DNA of 64,000 bases, taken from contig JAXMNT010000021.1 in NCBI GenBank assembly GCA_034670305.1, positions 1 to 64,000 on the forward strand, written 5' to 3'. Position numbers and translations under genes: made by a program. The stretch comes from Deltaproteobacteria bacterium (lineage in GTDB: Bacteria > Myxococcota_A > Polyangia > Polyangiales > Houyiibacteriaceae). How positions within the stretch are numbered: the stretch's first letter is position 1; the number at the start of each line of letters is the position of its first letter. Of the stretch, positions 1-8,449 are shown in pieces. Below the pieces are notes generated by a model, which had not been told where the DNA came from, made no database searches, and was given only the letters and a program-made list of their open reading frames with translations.

Positions 1-42
1 GTCGCGATGCTCGTCGCGCTGATCAAGCGATCTGACCGCTGA
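1..42 (+). CDS. 3' end of probable four-helix-bundle protein (23S rRNA IVP/TIGR02436-like), truncated by window edge
   Basis: Frame 1 reads VAMLVALIKRSDR*, resembling the family C-terminus (RIVAML..L); the same tail occurs in the remnant at 44695-44714. Confidence 0.5.
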   Translation, partial: VAMLVALIKRSDR

Positions 43-125
43 TCCGCGGGCAAGGGCAAAGGCAAGGGCAGGGGCAAGGGGCAGGCTGCGAGAACGCCCT
101 GCGGGCGTTCTTCAGCAGCCTGCTA
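23..125 (+). repeat. End of dispersed element: GGGCAA/GGGCAG hexamers plus palindrome, ending in CTA
   Basis: Near-identical to 44695-44796; hairpin GCAGGCTGC-GAGAACGCCC..GGGCGTTCTTCA-GCAGCCTGC at 81-123. Confidence 0.9.
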
Positions 126-1292
126 GAACAAGAACATGAGCGAGACCGTGAGGTCGCCGTAGGTGCCGTGCACCGTTTCGTCGCGGGGCAGCTCGAAGGG
201 GCCGATCGTCTCGTCTCGTGAGACATTGGCCATGAACCCGAGCGACCCGGTCACCTCCGCGCCCCAGGCGCCGCGCCGACCCACGGTCTTGATCATGCCG
301 ATCCCGAGCCGCGCGTAGGGCGTCACGTAGGTCGCGCTCCCGTCGTCGCTGCTCTCGAGGATCGGACCGATGCCCACGAGCGCCGCGAGGCTCATCGATG
401 TGCCGCGCGAGGCGCGCATGCGCCGGTAGCCGAGCTCGAGGCTCGGAAAAACGAACCCGGCGGAGTCGGTGGACTGGTTCTTCCCTCGGCCGCCGGATAC
501 CTGGGGCCCGACCACGAAGTAGTTGCCGCCACCGCCAAACCCGAGATGAAGCGCGCCGCGCACGCCGCCCCACCAGCCGTAGGTCGCGCCGATCGAGAGC
601 GCGACACGCACGTGTGACCCTTCGTCGTTCTCGAGCTCCGGCGCGTCTTCGTACACCGCCGGGGTGCGACAGCCGGCCAGCGTACAGACCTGAGCCTCGG
701 CGCAGCCGGGTGTGCACACCGGCTCGCTGGGTTCCGGTTGCACGTCCGGCTGTACATCGGGCTGCACATCCGGTTGCACGTCGGGCTGCACGTCCGGCTC
801 CACGTCCGGCTGCACATCGGGCGGTTCGACGGCGTCCGCCGCGCACACACCGCGTTCGCAATGGGTGCCGGGTCCGCATGCGGGTTCGCACACCGGCCCG
901 ACCGGCGTCACCACCCGCGGCGTGCCGAACTCACACATGCCACGCGCGCAGTAGTAGCCCTCGCGACACGCGGGTTCGCACGGCAGATCGGCCGGCCGGA
1001 CCGGCGGCGTCCCGTACTCACACATGCCGCGGTCGCTGCAGTAGTAGCCCTCGCGACAGGCCGGCTCACAGGTCGCGTCCGTGCCGGGCGGCGTGGGCGG
1101 TGTGGGTGTGGGCGGTGTGGGTGTGGGCGGCGTGCCGTACTCGCACATGCCCCGGTCGCTGCAGTAGTAGCCGTCCCGGCAAGCCGGGTCGCACTCGGGC
1201 TGAGCCTGAACAGGGGCTGCGGCCGAAAGCGCGCACGCGACAAGCACCACAACGAGGTTCCACCGCACTGGGCTCACCGTTCGCAGATGCAT
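123..1292 (-). CDS. Secreted protein with Cys-rich repeats, PTP/PDVQ linkers and a probable C-terminal outer-membrane beta-barrel
   Basis: Signal peptide (..PVQA/Q); repeated CxPACRxGYYC..RGMCEyG; alternating beta-strand pattern with terminal Phe. Confidence 0.8.
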   Translation of the reverse strand: MHLRTVSPVRWNLVVVLVACALSAAAPVQAQPECDPACRDGYYCSDRGMCEYGTPPTPTPPTPTPPTPPGTDATCEPACREGYYCSDRGMCEYGTPPVRPADLPCEPACREGYYCARGMCEFGTPRVVTPVGPVCEPACGPGTHCERGVCAADAVEPPDVQPDVEPDVQPDVQPDVQPDVQPDVQPEPSEPVCTPGCAEAQVCTLAGCRTPAVYEDAPELENDEGSHVRVALSIGATYGWWGGVRGALHLGFGGGGNYFVVGPQVSGGRGKNQSTDSAGFVFPSLELGYRRMRASRGTSMSLAALVGIGPILESSDDGSATYVTPYARLGIGMIKTVGRRGAWGAEVTGSLGFMANVSRDETIGPFELPRDETVHGTYGDLTVSLMFLF

Positions 1293-2041
1293 ACGTCTTC
1301 TCCGTCCTCACCACCGTTGGCGCGGCACTCACCCGTGAACGAACGGAAGCCCGACTGCACACACGCGTCTTCGCAGGTGCGGTAGGCCCAGAAGGGCCCG
1401 CCGAGATCGAGGCAGAAGTTGATTCCTTGGACCCCGCCCAACACGATGCAGTTCCGGGCGCCGGTGTTGGCGCTGGTACAGGTGTCGTCGAACAGGGAAC
1501 ACACGCACTGCAGCGACGCGTTGCATCCAATCGTCGCGTTGTAGTCGTCCATGCTGATGCGGCACACCTCCGCGCAGGAGTAGGCTTCGGCGCTCCCCTC
1601 CTCACAGCGCGTTTGAATGGGGTCGATCGGATCATCGTCGCAGGCGATCCGTCGGTCCTCGGGTTCGTTGTTGCAGCGTCCGCCGTTGCATGAATCGTTC
1701 GTGCACTCGTTGCCATCGTCGCACCCGCCGCAGCTCGTGCCGCACACCGGATCGGGACCGCACTCGAGGCCGGCGCACTGCGCGATGCACCCGCCTTCGC
1801 ACGAGTTGTCGCCTTCTACGCAGAGGCCCGTGTCGAGCGCGCAGCGAAAGCCCGGGCCGACGTTCGGACAGTCGCAGTCCGACTCGCACGCTTCGGTGCA
1901 GATGAACCCGCGACTCGACGAAGCGCACAGCTCGGAAGCGCACGCGCCGTTCGATTCGCACGCCTCCCCAAACGGCTGCCCCCGCCCACACCCCGCGAGC
2001 AGGACGACACCAACGAACGCTCGGACCCAGAACCCCATCAT
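1274..2041 (-). CDS. Cys-rich lipoprotein (myxobacterial type)
   Basis: Lipobox LLAGC after MMGFWVRAF; CGPDPVCGTSCGGC and CDDGNECTNDSC motifs; start trimmed from the ORF track. Confidence 0.8.
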   Translation of the reverse strand: MMGFWVRAFVGVVLLAGCGRGQPFGEACESNGACASELCASSSRGFICTEACESDCDCPNVGPGFRCALDTGLCVEGDNSCEGGCIAQCAGLECGPDPVCGTSCGGCDDGNECTNDSCNGGRCNNEPEDRRIACDDDPIDPIQTRCEEGSAEAYSCAEVCRISMDDYNATIGCNASLQCVCSLFDDTCTSANTGARNCIVLGGVQGINFCLDLGGPFWAYRTCEDACVQSGFRSFTGECRANGGEDGEDVCICER

Positions 2042-2204
2042 GCGACCCCCACGCCCGAGCTTCGTCTGCCGCGCCCTCGCCGTCCAGCCCACACGGCCAC
2101 CATCGCTGCGGCATTCCTCACAGCCGCCAGGACCGCGACGATCCGCGGCGCGCAGAACGCTCGTAACGTTTGGCGGCCTGGCGCATCTTGCGTAGGCACT
2201 GCCC

Positions 2205-2900
2205 ATGCACGTTCTTCCCCAACCGCATCCTCGGTGGCGCCTCCTGGGCGCGTTTGGCCTGGCCGTCTGCGCCGGCTCGCTGGCCACGCTCGCAGGGAAG
2301 GCTTCCGCCGGCATGGCGTGGTCGTCGGCCACGGCTATTTGGGGACTGCTCGCGGGGGCGCTCGGCTTGGCCGGCGCGGACTTCGTCTCCGGCGTCTTTC
2401 ATTTCCTGGCCGACCGCTTTGGTCACGAACGGGTGCCGGTCCTCGGGCCGAACGTCATCGCGCCCTTTCGACTGCACCACGAAGACCCGACCGCCATGAC
2501 CTTGCACGGCGTGGCGGAGACCAACGGCGACAACGCGCTCATCCAGCTGCCCTTGGTGCTGCCGTTGGCAGTGTTCGCCGCACCCGCAGAGGGGTCCACC
2601 GCGCGGTTCTTCCTCCTGGCGACCGCGGTCGCGTTCTTCGGCGGTGTGCTCGTGACCAACCAGATCCACAAGTGGGCCCACGCCGCGGAGGTGCCAAGCT
2701 GGGTGGCCTGGATGCAGCGTCGGCGACTCGTCCTGTCGCCGGCCGTGCACGCACGTCATCACCGCACCCACGATCGCGCCTACTGCATCACCACCGGCTG
2801 GTGCAACGTTCTGCTGGACCGCTTCGGCGTGCTCACCGCGATCGACCGGGCGATGCGGAGCATCGTGCCACCCACTTGGATCGAGCCAACCGAGCGGTGA
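2205..2900 (+). CDS. carF: CarF/TMEM189-family desaturase (plasmanylethanolamine desaturase-like)
   Basis: ADFVSGVFHFLAD, FRLHHEDP, TNQIHKWAH, HARHH and YCITTGWCN His-box motifs. Confidence 0.85.
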   Translation: MHVLPQPHPRWRLLGAFGLAVCAGSLATLAGKASAGMAWSSATAIWGLLAGALGLAGADFVSGVFHFLADRFGHERVPVLGPNVIAPFRLHHEDPTAMTLHGVAETNGDNALIQLPLVLPLAVFAAPAEGSTARFFLLATAVAFFGGVLVTNQIHKWAHAAEVPSWVAWMQRRRLVLSPAVHARHHRTHDRAYCITTGWCNVLLDRFGVLTAIDRAMRSIVPPTWIEPTER

Positions 2901-2924
2901 CCGGGAAACGTTCCCAGCTCGGCG

Positions 2925-3194
2925 TCAACTGCGGGCGCGCTTGGCGAACCGCTCGCGGGCCTTCTTCTTCTCTTCTTCCCGGTTCTTGGGCGGCGCGTTC
3001 GTCTCGAGCGCATCGACGAGGCGGCGTGTGATGGCCGTGATCTCGTCGACCGCGTGTTCGAAGGTGTCTTCGTTCGCCTTCGACGGTTTGCGCGTGCCGC
3101 TGACTTTGCGGACGAACTGCAGGGCGGCGGCGCGGACTTCGTCGTCGGTCGCGGGTGGGTCGAAGTTGAAGAGCGGGCGGATGCTGCGGCACAT
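2925..3194 (-). CDS. DUF2277 family protein
   Basis: MCRSIRPLFNFDPPATDDEVRAAALQFVRKVSG family signature; TATTCT 7 nt upstream. Confidence 0.85.
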   Translation of the reverse strand: MCRSIRPLFNFDPPATDDEVRAAALQFVRKVSGTRKPSKANEDTFEHAVDEITAITRRLVDALETNAPPKNREEEKKKARERFAKRARS

Positions 3195-3308
3195 GGAGCA
3201 GAGAATAGACCTGGACCGCGAGGGTGTCAGGGGCTGCTCCATGGCCGGCTTTCGGGTTGCTGGCCGTCGTGCATTCGGTCAATCCCGCCCTTTGCGTTTG
3301 AGGAGTCG

Positions 3309-3848
3309 ATGGTGAGCGACGAGACCGAGATCACGATGGCCGGCTGGCTGCGACAGAACGTCACGCAGGACGCCCGCGCGCTCGCGTGGTTCGAAGGCGC
3401 GGAGTGCGAGCCCCGCATTCGCCGCGCGTACCGGGACCTGCTGGCTGGATACGAGACCGATCCGAGCACCATCCTCAAGACCACGCGGACCCTGACCGAA
3501 GACGAACCACGCGGGGTGGTCGAGGTCACGGACATCACGTTCTTCTCGATCTGCGCCCACCACTTCTTGCCGTTCTTCGGGCACGCCGACGTGGCGTACC
3601 TGCCCGGCACCAAGATCCTCGGCCTCGGCAAGATCCCGCGGGTCGTCGACGCGTTCTCCCGCCGGTTCATGATCCAAGAGGACCTCACGGTGCAGATCGC
3701 GCAGACGTTCATGGAGTCGGGTGGCGCCCGCGGCGCGCGGGTGATCACCGAAGCGCGCCATCTGTGCATGTGCGGGCGCGGACCTTCGCAGCCCGCCGCC
3801 ACCACCCGAGTGGAGGTGGGACTCGGCGAACTCGAAGACGCCGAGTGA
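3309..3848 (+). CDS. folE: GTP cyclohydrolase I (short form)
   Basis: FFSICAHHFLPFFG, GLGKIPRVV, IQEDLT and ARHLCM Zn-binding motifs; GAGGAG SD before ATG. Confidence 0.85.
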   Translation: MVSDETEITMAGWLRQNVTQDARALAWFEGAECEPRIRRAYRDLLAGYETDPSTILKTTRTLTEDEPRGVVEVTDITFFSICAHHFLPFFGHADVAYLPGTKILGLGKIPRVVDAFSRRFMIQEDLTVQIAQTFMESGGARGARVITEARHLCMCGRGPSQPAATTRVEVGLGELEDAE

Positions 3849-4843
3849 ACGCGCGCGCGGGTTGGGTTGCCGGAGTGCTGGTTGCCGGCGTGCTGGTTGC
3901 CGGCGTCGTGGCTGGCTCGGCGTGCGGATGCGGCGGCGAGTCCCCCGAGCGCGGGACCACCGAGCCGGAACCGGCGGCGTCCGCGACCCTCCCGCACACG
4001 ATTCGGTTCGGGGTGGGTGAGACCGCGCGACTCCTCGACGTCCGGGCGCAGGAGATGGACACGAACGTGGTCGAGGTCGTCGATCCGTATGAGGACGACG
4101 TCGTTCGGTTCGAGGTGCGCCCTGCCCGCACATTGCTCGACGAGATGTTCGGCGAGACGTGGCGGAGTCAGGAAGAGCTGGTCTTCGTCTGTCACGACGG
4201 CTACCGCGCGGGCGTGTCGGTGGCGCGCCTTCTGCGCCATCGGGTGTGGTTCGCGTTCGCGCGTCAGGACGCGAGTTTCGCGATCGACAAACCGGTGGGC
4301 GGCGAGGTCGTGCGCACCGAGCTCGCGCCGGCGTATCTGGTGTGGGACAGCCTGCGCGACGATGTGATCCGGAGCGAAGGCGACTGGGGCTGGCCGTACC
4401 AGATCGTCGCCGTCGAATACGCGACGGTGGCCGAACGCTACGCCCGCCTGACGCCGCCGCAGGTGGAAGGGATGGCCGCTCGGGTCGAACCGACCGACTC
4501 AACCGTCGGGGAAACAACCGCGGTGACAGACCCGGCCGCGGACGCAGCATCGGTGCAGCGCGGCTTCGATGCGTTTCGTCGCTACTGCACCCGCTGCCAC
4601 GCGATCAACGGACAAGGCGGCACGGTCGGTCCAGAGCTGAACTATCCGGCAAACGTGACCGAGTACCTGAAACCCGAGTGGCTCGTGCGCTGGATCGGCG
4701 ATCCGCAGAGTGTGCGCCACCGAACCCCGATGCCTGGGCTGCCCGCTGGTGTGCCCCACCGCGACGAGACCATCGCGGACTTGGTCGCGTACCTGACCGC
4801 GATGGCCGACCGGAAGCTCGAACCGCAGGACGACGGCGTTTGA
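3845..4843 (+). CDS. Lipoprotein with C-terminal c-type cytochrome and N-terminal domain resembling the molybdopterin-oxidoreductase fold
   Basis: CTRCH heme motif, GPELN and distal Met (TPMP); GTGA overlap with folE stop. Confidence 0.8.
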   Translation: MNARAGWVAGVLVAGVLVAGVVAGSACGCGGESPERGTTEPEPAASATLPHTIRFGVGETARLLDVRAQEMDTNVVEVVDPYEDDVVRFEVRPARTLLDEMFGETWRSQEELVFVCHDGYRAGVSVARLLRHRVWFAFARQDASFAIDKPVGGEVVRTELAPAYLVWDSLRDDVIRSEGDWGWPYQIVAVEYATVAERYARLTPPQVEGMAARVEPTDSTVGETTAVTDPAADAASVQRGFDAFRRYCTRCHAINGQGGTVGPELNYPANVTEYLKPEWLVRWIGDPQSVRHRTPMPGLPAGVPHRDETIADLVAYLTAMADRKLEPQDDGV

Positions 4844-5523
4844 TGTTCGAGCAGTTCTACGCCGGCGACATCCAACACCCGCTGCTGCTTTGGGCGGCGT
4901 GTGTCGCAGGCGTCGTCTTCGCGGTGGCGCGGCGCCAAGGCGTGCACCCGAGCGTCTACCGCTACGCGCTCGTCGTCGGCGCGGTGGCGTTCGTGGACGC
5001 GTGGCTCACCTCCAACGACATCCCGGGCATTGGCACGTTGCCGGGCGTACTCGCGACCGCAGTGCCGGTGGCCTTCGTGGTGCTGGGCGACCTCCGCTAC
5101 CTGGTGCTGACCGAGAGCCTCGAAGTCGGTGAGGGCGGTGGCGCGATTCGGTTCCGTCTGAAGGGCGTGCTCATCGCGCTCGCGTGGTCGCTGCTCGTGC
5201 CGGCGCTCGCGCAGGTCGTCGTGCGGTTCGTCGTCGTCAGCGACGAAAGCCGGGTGCTGTTTCTGAGCTACGAAGTGCTCTTCTTCGCGCTCGTGCTCCT
5301 GCGACGGCCGTATATGCGTTGGCGGTTGTCCGATACGGGCGCACGCGCCTGGCATCGCAAACTAGATGCGATCGCGCTGCTCTGGTACGGCACCTGGATC
5401 ACCGCGGATGTGATCATCCTCGGCTTCGACCTCGACGTCGGCTACCTCGTCCGTGTGCTGCCGAACTTGCTCTACTACGGCGCCTTCCCCGCGGTGCTCG
5501 TCGCAACCGCACCCAAAGCCTGA
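4843..5523 (+). CDS. Integral membrane hypothetical protein
   Basis: TGATG coupling with upstream gene; several hydrophobic segments. Confidence 0.75.
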   Translation: MFEQFYAGDIQHPLLLWAACVAGVVFAVARRQGVHPSVYRYALVVGAVAFVDAWLTSNDIPGIGTLPGVLATAVPVAFVVLGDLRYLVLTESLEVGEGGGAIRFRLKGVLIALAWSLLVPALAQVVVRFVVVSDESRVLFLSYEVLFFALVLLRRPYMRWRLSDTGARAWHRKLDAIALLWYGTWITADVIILGFDLDVGYLVRVLPNLLYYGAFPAVLVATAPKA

Positions 5524-5548
5524 CCGGCCGAAGCGCAAGCGTCGGCCC

Positions 5549-5768
5549 CGTGCCCGTGTCCGTGTCCGTGCCCGTGCCCGTGGCCGTGCCGACGCCGAAT
5601 CCGAATCCGAAGCCGAAGCCGAAGCCGACGCCGACGCCGACGCCGAAGCCGACGCCGACGCCGAATCCGAAGCCGAAGCCGACGCCGAAGCCGACGCCGA
5701 AGCCGAAGCCGAAGCCGACCGACGCCGAAGCGGAAGCCGAGCCGACGCCGACCCGACCGCCGACGCCG
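5549..5768. repeat. Hexamer microsatellite tract (GTGCCC/GTGTCC then GCCGAA/GCCGAC)
   Basis: Directly visible, between convergent genes. Confidence 0.95.
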
Positions 5769-5771
5769 TTC

Positions 5772-8117
5772 TCAGCTCCGGTCGAGCCAGTGGGGGCCGG
5801 CGGACCAGCCGAGGAAGGGGCGGCGGGCGGGGTGCTTGGTTTCGATGCAGCGGCGCAGGTCCTTCAGCGCCGGAGAGAACCGCGCGACGAACGCACCGGA
5901 GGCCTGCTCGTTCAGCATGGCGTCCGCTTCGTCGACGAACCGGCGCTGCATCGGGTGGCCGTGTGCGCGCTCTCCAAGCGAGAGGAAGAAGAGCATCTGC
6001 CGCCAGCTGTACGCCGCGTTCTTGCGGTGCAGGCGCACGGCGTGCCCGTCGTTGGTCTCGACGCTCAGCAGGGTCACGGCGTACTCGAAACACGCCATCG
6101 CGAGTTCGGGCGCATGGGCCGCGATCTCATCTTCCAGACCGAGCCCGGCGGTGAGGACCGCGAGGTTCTGGCTGGTGAGGATCTGCTGCTGCTCGAGGAT
6201 CATCCCGTTCTCGGCCACGCTCCGCCAAAGTCCGCGGCTCTTGGGCAACGCCGCCCGCTGCGTGCACAGCGCGGCGAACGCATCGCCGCCCGCCCGCCGC
6301 CCGAACGAGAACCAAGCCTTCTTGCCGGCGGCCTTCCGGGCACCGAGCGCGCGGTAGTCGATGTCGTAGTAGCGGGCGTAGAGCGTGCCGGACAGAAGCG
6401 CGCCGGCCTGCTTCGCCGCTTCGAGGAACTTCGGCGAGAAGGTGCCCATGAAGATGTCGGCCGCGACTTCTTCGACGAGCGGCAGCGCGAGACCGCTGCG
6501 CTTCGCGAGCGCGCTGAGTTCTCCGACGAGCTCGTTCGGCACGATCGCGTGCGGGAACTTGGTCATCGCCAAGTGCGAGAGCTCCCGCAACGCGCGGCGC
6601 GGCGCGGCGTGGTCGCCGTCCGTGCGGTGCGCTTCCACGGCGGCTGCCCACGGAAGCTCCTCGAGCCGCACCTGGTGTTCGAGGTCGGTGAGCAGGAGCG
6701 AACGCCGGCGCCGGAACGCCTGGTACAGGCGGCCGTAGAGGGTACGGAGCGACGGGTCTTCGAGACCGCCCGCCACGACATCGGAGGTGATCTGCGGCAG
6801 CAACTGCGCGAACGTGTTGGCGGACGTGACGACGCCTTCGTCGACCAACGTCTCGAGCGGCGCGAACCACGCGCGCATCAACTTCCGGCGGATGCCCGCC
6901 GGCGCCGGCACCCGCACCGCATCGACTTCGAGATCGTCTCCGAGCGACTCGAGGGCGGCCGCGTCGAGGCGCGCCTCCTTCAAGTCCCGCAGCCGGGCCG
7001 CGACCTGCTTGGCCAGATCCGCGTGGAGCGGCGCGAGACACGATGCCTGGGCCGCGCGGTGGGCGCGTCGCGCCTCGCTCGAGGGGAGCCCACGTACTGT
7101 GACGGATCGCGCGAGGATCAGGCGCAGCCGTCCGACCTCCCGGCCGCTCAGTGCACGCAGGTCGCGCACCGCGCGCTCCAGCAGCGCGAACAGGGTGGCG
7201 TGCGCCGAACCTGGCGCGTGCAAGCCGCGCACGAGGGTGTGCCGCGTCCGAGCCAGTCGGTGCTCTGCCACGAGCGTCCGCGCCGCGGAGAGAAACGTGT
7301 CGTCGATGCGCTGAAGCGGCCATCCGCCGTGAACTTCGTAGCGGCCCGCCGAGTCACGCCGTGGCGTGCCGTTCGCATCGAGCGTCACGGTCGGAACCTC
7401 GCCCTCCACCGTCGAGCGCAGAAGGTCCAGCGCCCGATCGTAGAACGCCGCCCAGACCGTCAGGGACTCGCGCTCGGCGACCACGTCCGGCTGCGGACGC
7501 GTCGCGTCCAAGACCGCCGCGACCTCCGCGTTCGATCGGAGCTGGACGCAGGTCGAGGTCGCACGTCCGCGGCCCGGGCGCGGGATCGGAAAGAAGCGAA
7601 GCGTGTGCATCCACGGCGCGATCGCATCGAGCAGAGGCTGGGCTTCTGCGACCCGCCCGTTGGCGACGAGCCACGCCACCACCAGCAGTGCGCCCTCTTC
7701 CGGCACCCCGACGTCGTAGTCGCCCGTCTCGAGCCACAGGCACAGCTCCGCCAGCCCCTCGGACGAGACGAAGTACGCGTTCAGCGCGGCTCGATCCTCG
7801 AGTCCGAACCGCTCGCAGAGCACGGTCTCGTGCGGCTGGATCGGTCCGCCCGCGAGCAGACGGCCGGTGGCGAACCCGCCGGTCACGACCTCGAGCGTCG
7901 CCCAGACCGGCACGTCCGCCAGTGGCTGGCGCCGGCCGACCTGGAGCGCACCAACGAACTGCGCCCGCAGCACCGCGGTCCACTTGATCACCTTGGCGGC
8001 GGCGCGCGCACGCACCGCGGGATCCGCGTGAGACTCGGCCGCCCGCTGAGCCTTGGCCAACTGGTGCGCTGCGTAGGCGGCGCCCATCGCGCCGTGTTCT
8101 TCGTGTGAATCGGTCAT
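5772..8117 (-). CDS. Large hypothetical protein (781 aa), function unknown
   Basis: Long ORF with host-like codon bias; motifs WATLEVVTGGFATG, EEVAADIFMGTFS, ILEQQQILTSQNLA. Confidence 0.85.
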   Translation of the reverse strand: MTDSHEEHGAMGAAYAAHQLAKAQRAAESHADPAVRARAAAKVIKWTAVLRAQFVGALQVGRRQPLADVPVWATLEVVTGGFATGRLLAGGPIQPHETVLCERFGLEDRAALNAYFVSSEGLAELCLWLETGDYDVGVPEEGALLVVAWLVANGRVAEAQPLLDAIAPWMHTLRFFPIPRPGRGRATSTCVQLRSNAEVAAVLDATRPQPDVVAERESLTVWAAFYDRALDLLRSTVEGEVPTVTLDANGTPRRDSAGRYEVHGGWPLQRIDDTFLSAARTLVAEHRLARTRHTLVRGLHAPGSAHATLFALLERAVRDLRALSGREVGRLRLILARSVTVRGLPSSEARRAHRAAQASCLAPLHADLAKQVAARLRDLKEARLDAAALESLGDDLEVDAVRVPAPAGIRRKLMRAWFAPLETLVDEGVVTSANTFAQLLPQITSDVVAGGLEDPSLRTLYGRLYQAFRRRRSLLLTDLEHQVRLEELPWAAAVEAHRTDGDHAAPRRALRELSHLAMTKFPHAIVPNELVGELSALAKRSGLALPLVEEVAADIFMGTFSPKFLEAAKQAGALLSGTLYARYYDIDYRALGARKAAGKKAWFSFGRRAGGDAFAALCTQRAALPKSRGLWRSVAENGMILEQQQILTSQNLAVLTAGLGLEDEIAAHAPELAMACFEYAVTLLSVETNDGHAVRLHRKNAAYSWRQMLFFLSLGERAHGHPMQRRFVDEADAMLNEQASGAFVARFSPALKDLRRCIETKHPARRPFLGWSAGPHWLDRS

Positions 8118-8190
8118 GGGTCCGGGAGCTGGAGTCGAACCAGCGCCATCGCGGTACCAGCCGCGAGTTCTTCCACTGAACTACCCCGGA
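8117..8190 (-). tRNA. Atypical tRNA-like RNA, 6-nt anticodon loop (CTGGTA), C73, encoded CCA
   Basis: TCCGGGG TA GTTC AGTGGAA GAAC T CGCGG CTGGTA CCGCG ATGGC GCTGG TTCGACT CCAGC TCCCGGA C CCA; all four stems pair. Confidence 0.85.
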
Positions 8191-8260
8191 ACGGGTAGGC
8201 CGCTCCACCAGATGGGAGCGGCCCGTGAAATGCTGGTGAACGCATCGGTTCACGCTGCAG

Positions 8261-8334
8261 TGGGTCCGAGAGCAGGAATCGAACCTGCGCCGACACGGTA
8301 AACAGCCGTGCGTTCTCCACTGAACTACCTCGGA
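8261..8334 (-). tRNA. Atypical tRNA-Asn(GTT)-like RNA with T37 and C73, encoded CCA
   Basis: TCCGAGG TA GTTC AGTGGA GAAC G CACGG CTGTTTA CCGTG TCGGC GCAGG TTCGATT CCTGC TCTCGGA C CCA. Confidence 0.85.
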
Positions 8335-8340
8335 GGTCGG

Positions 8341-8368
8341 AAGCTAAGTCGGCCGAAGAGACCCGCAA
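8341..8368 (-). promoter_or_regulatory. Putative sigma70-type promoter for the tRNA-like pair
   Basis: TTGCGG-N16-TAGCTT, 6 nt upstream of the first tRNA base. Confidence 0.55.
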
Positions 8369-8370
8369 CC

Positions 8371-8409
8371 AAGAAAACGGGAGCGCACGCCACCGCGCAC
8401 GCTCCCGTT
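8371..8409 (-). terminator. Rho-independent terminator of the upstream cytochrome gene
   Basis: ACGGGAGCG..CGCTCCCGT stem followed by TTTCTT on the minus strand. Confidence 0.7.
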
Positions 8410-8449
8410 CCACACCACACCCGCTCACTGCGCGCCGAAGCGCGGGAGA

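Noticed and set aside
5362-6154. ORFs containing (SA)n/(EA)n/(PK)n runs, also at 11408-11794, 36735-37676, 40247-40648 and 41128-41910
   Set aside because: Stop-free readthrough of hexamer microsatellites; they overlap better-supported genes and have no other coding signal
8117-8190. Canonical tRNA-Thr(GGT)
   Set aside because: A 7-nt loop breaks the anticodon stem; the paired form has a 6-nt loop and the body is Asn-like
8117-8334. tRNA as prophage or island integration site
   Set aside because: No integrase and no duplicated tRNA 3' end elsewhere in the window
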